Assembly: GCA_030704615.1 (NCBI GenBank)
Contig: CM060732.1
Location: 3,844,001 to 3,908,000 of the forward strand
Length of the DNA: 64,000 nucleotides
From: Takakia lepidozioides
Taxonomy: Eukaryota > Plantae > Bryophyta
Direction of reading: 5' to 3'
The notes under the pieces were generated by a model. That model was not told where the DNA came from. It saw only the letters and a list, made by a program, of their open reading frames with translations, and searched no databases. Below are positions 62,701-64,000 of this stretch, in pieces. The position numbers and the translations under genes were made by a program. Position 1 is the stretch's first letter. Every line of letters starts with the position of its first letter.

Positions 62701-64000
62701 GCGTACGAAGATATTGCATGCAACAATTGAATGCTTACATTGCGGACATATGCCCCAAGTTGATAGTAACGGTATGTCCACCACGATAGCCAGCTCTCCA
62801 ACGCGGGAACATCTTCATCTCAAGCGGCACCAGAAGACGACCACCAAGCTCGGATGGCCAGAAAATTGAAACCTCCGCTTCCGCCTCAGTATTTGACGCT
62901 CTCCACTTCGTACAAAGCTGTACATGTGCATATTGGAGGTTTTCGGAGATGTATTTTTTGGTCCACTTCTGGAGGCTTTGACCCCAGTGGAACCCACATG
63001 TTCTCTCACGATCGGGCATGGGTTCCCCGCCTCCATACACTTCGCGAACAGCAGCCCAATTTGCATTTGCATTGTCGGCCATGAATCCCCGAAATTGCGG
63101 TTGCCCCTTCCCTGCTCGCAGCATCTGTTCATTGATGGATTCCCACACGATCTTCTGTGATTCTGCATCCTCACATTTCATTTCGCAAATTGCGATCAAC
63201 ATGAGCTTCCGAAAATTCGGATGGTACACGTGACAAGCCATTGTACTCCATCCGTGTATCCGCTTCACGTTGTCGAACATAATCCAGCTACTTCCCAGCT
63301 CCCCCCCCGGACGGATCATGTCCACCAGATGGACTCCACAGCCCTTTCCAACAATTGACATCTTGAATATGAAACATCTCTCATCCACACTCCCTTGGCC
63401 TGGGAAGCGGCTCCCATGGAAATAGTCGTACCCGCTCCACTTTTTCATTGTCAGTAAAGCTTCTACTTCACTCCCAAGCCCCATTTGTGCTTTTGTCTTC
63501 TTTGTCTCGTAACGAACACCACATTTGCCCACGGCACCGACCTCCTCCATGAGCGCCTCGAATTGCTCATCATCGAGCTTCCATCTCTCGGTTGCACCTG
63601 GCAATAACACCTTCTCCATGGCAATGGACTGAGCAGCAGACATTTGCACCGATTTTGGCCTTGCAGACGGTGACCTATGGATTTCTTCAGCAAGTGCAGA
63701 TTTGGCTTTGGCGGCAGCTTCCCGGCATGCTCCAGGTGCAGATGGATGTGAATGAATGCCAACATGCACGGCTGCTCTGGTCATCGTTGGTGGTCCTATC
63801 ACGTAGAACATTTTGGCACGGCAGGTGTGCATATATGTAGGTGGATGGTTGCAGTGAGAACATAGGAAGGTGTTCCAGGGCACCTGGCTTTGCGGTTTGA
63901 ACTGACCATCGTAATGCCCCATCCAATGAATCTCATTGTGGCTGCCCTCCCTGAGGAAGAATGGGCACGTTCCTCGGACACATCTCAGCGCACCAACACA
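59725..64000 (-). mobile_element. MULE copy M6 (subfamily 3), runs off the window end
   Basis: Terminus GGGGATTGAAAATGCATGAGCGGTGAGCGGTGAGCATGAGCGG downstream of a divergent transposase. Confidence 0.8.
60573..63922 (-). pseudogene. Divergent MULE transposase (GCM-like part, DDE core, ~0.8-kb intron, SWIM)
   Basis: CSHC...HVGIHSH, WIMFDNVKR, FMADNANAN, CGFHW, intron ~61935-62737 at the same position as in M3, NVNMSESVHASW, YTHCKHIYYI. Confidence 0.85.

Overview
Eukaryotic, repeat-dense DNA, most likely from a non-seed land plant (inferred from a PLS/E-class PPR pseudogene, plant-type CFA-synthase exons and tRNA-iMet-primed chromoviruses). I see no intact host gene. 0.66-5.5 kb is a decayed PPR gene interrupted by three exons of a cyclopropane-fatty-acid-synthase gene. 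The rest is a nest of transposons: a non-chromovirus Ty3/Gypsy element with an extra ORF, four copies or fragments of one chromodomain Ty3/Gypsy family, and at least seven copies or fragments (labelled M0-M6, three or four subfamilies) of an unusual Mutator-like (MULE) DNA transposon. The MULE family is the main finding. Reconstructed layout: short imperfect terminus with TGAGC repeats <- transposase (GCM-like Zn domain, MULE DDE core, distal SWIM) - central array of palindromes - intron-containing gene fusing a ParB/Srx-like N-terminus to a bacterial/phage-type beta-class DNA amino-methyltransferase (N6-A/N4-C fold) -> terminus. One copy (48086-55749) is bounded by a 9-10 bp target-site duplication. 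A second is restored, with an 8-bp TSD, by undoing a ~7.9-kb inversion (29381-37318). Each subfamily has its own palindrome array with different arms around a shared CGGYRCCG core. All copies here are degenerate, and domain calls are by-eye motif recognition that needs HMM or structure confirmation.
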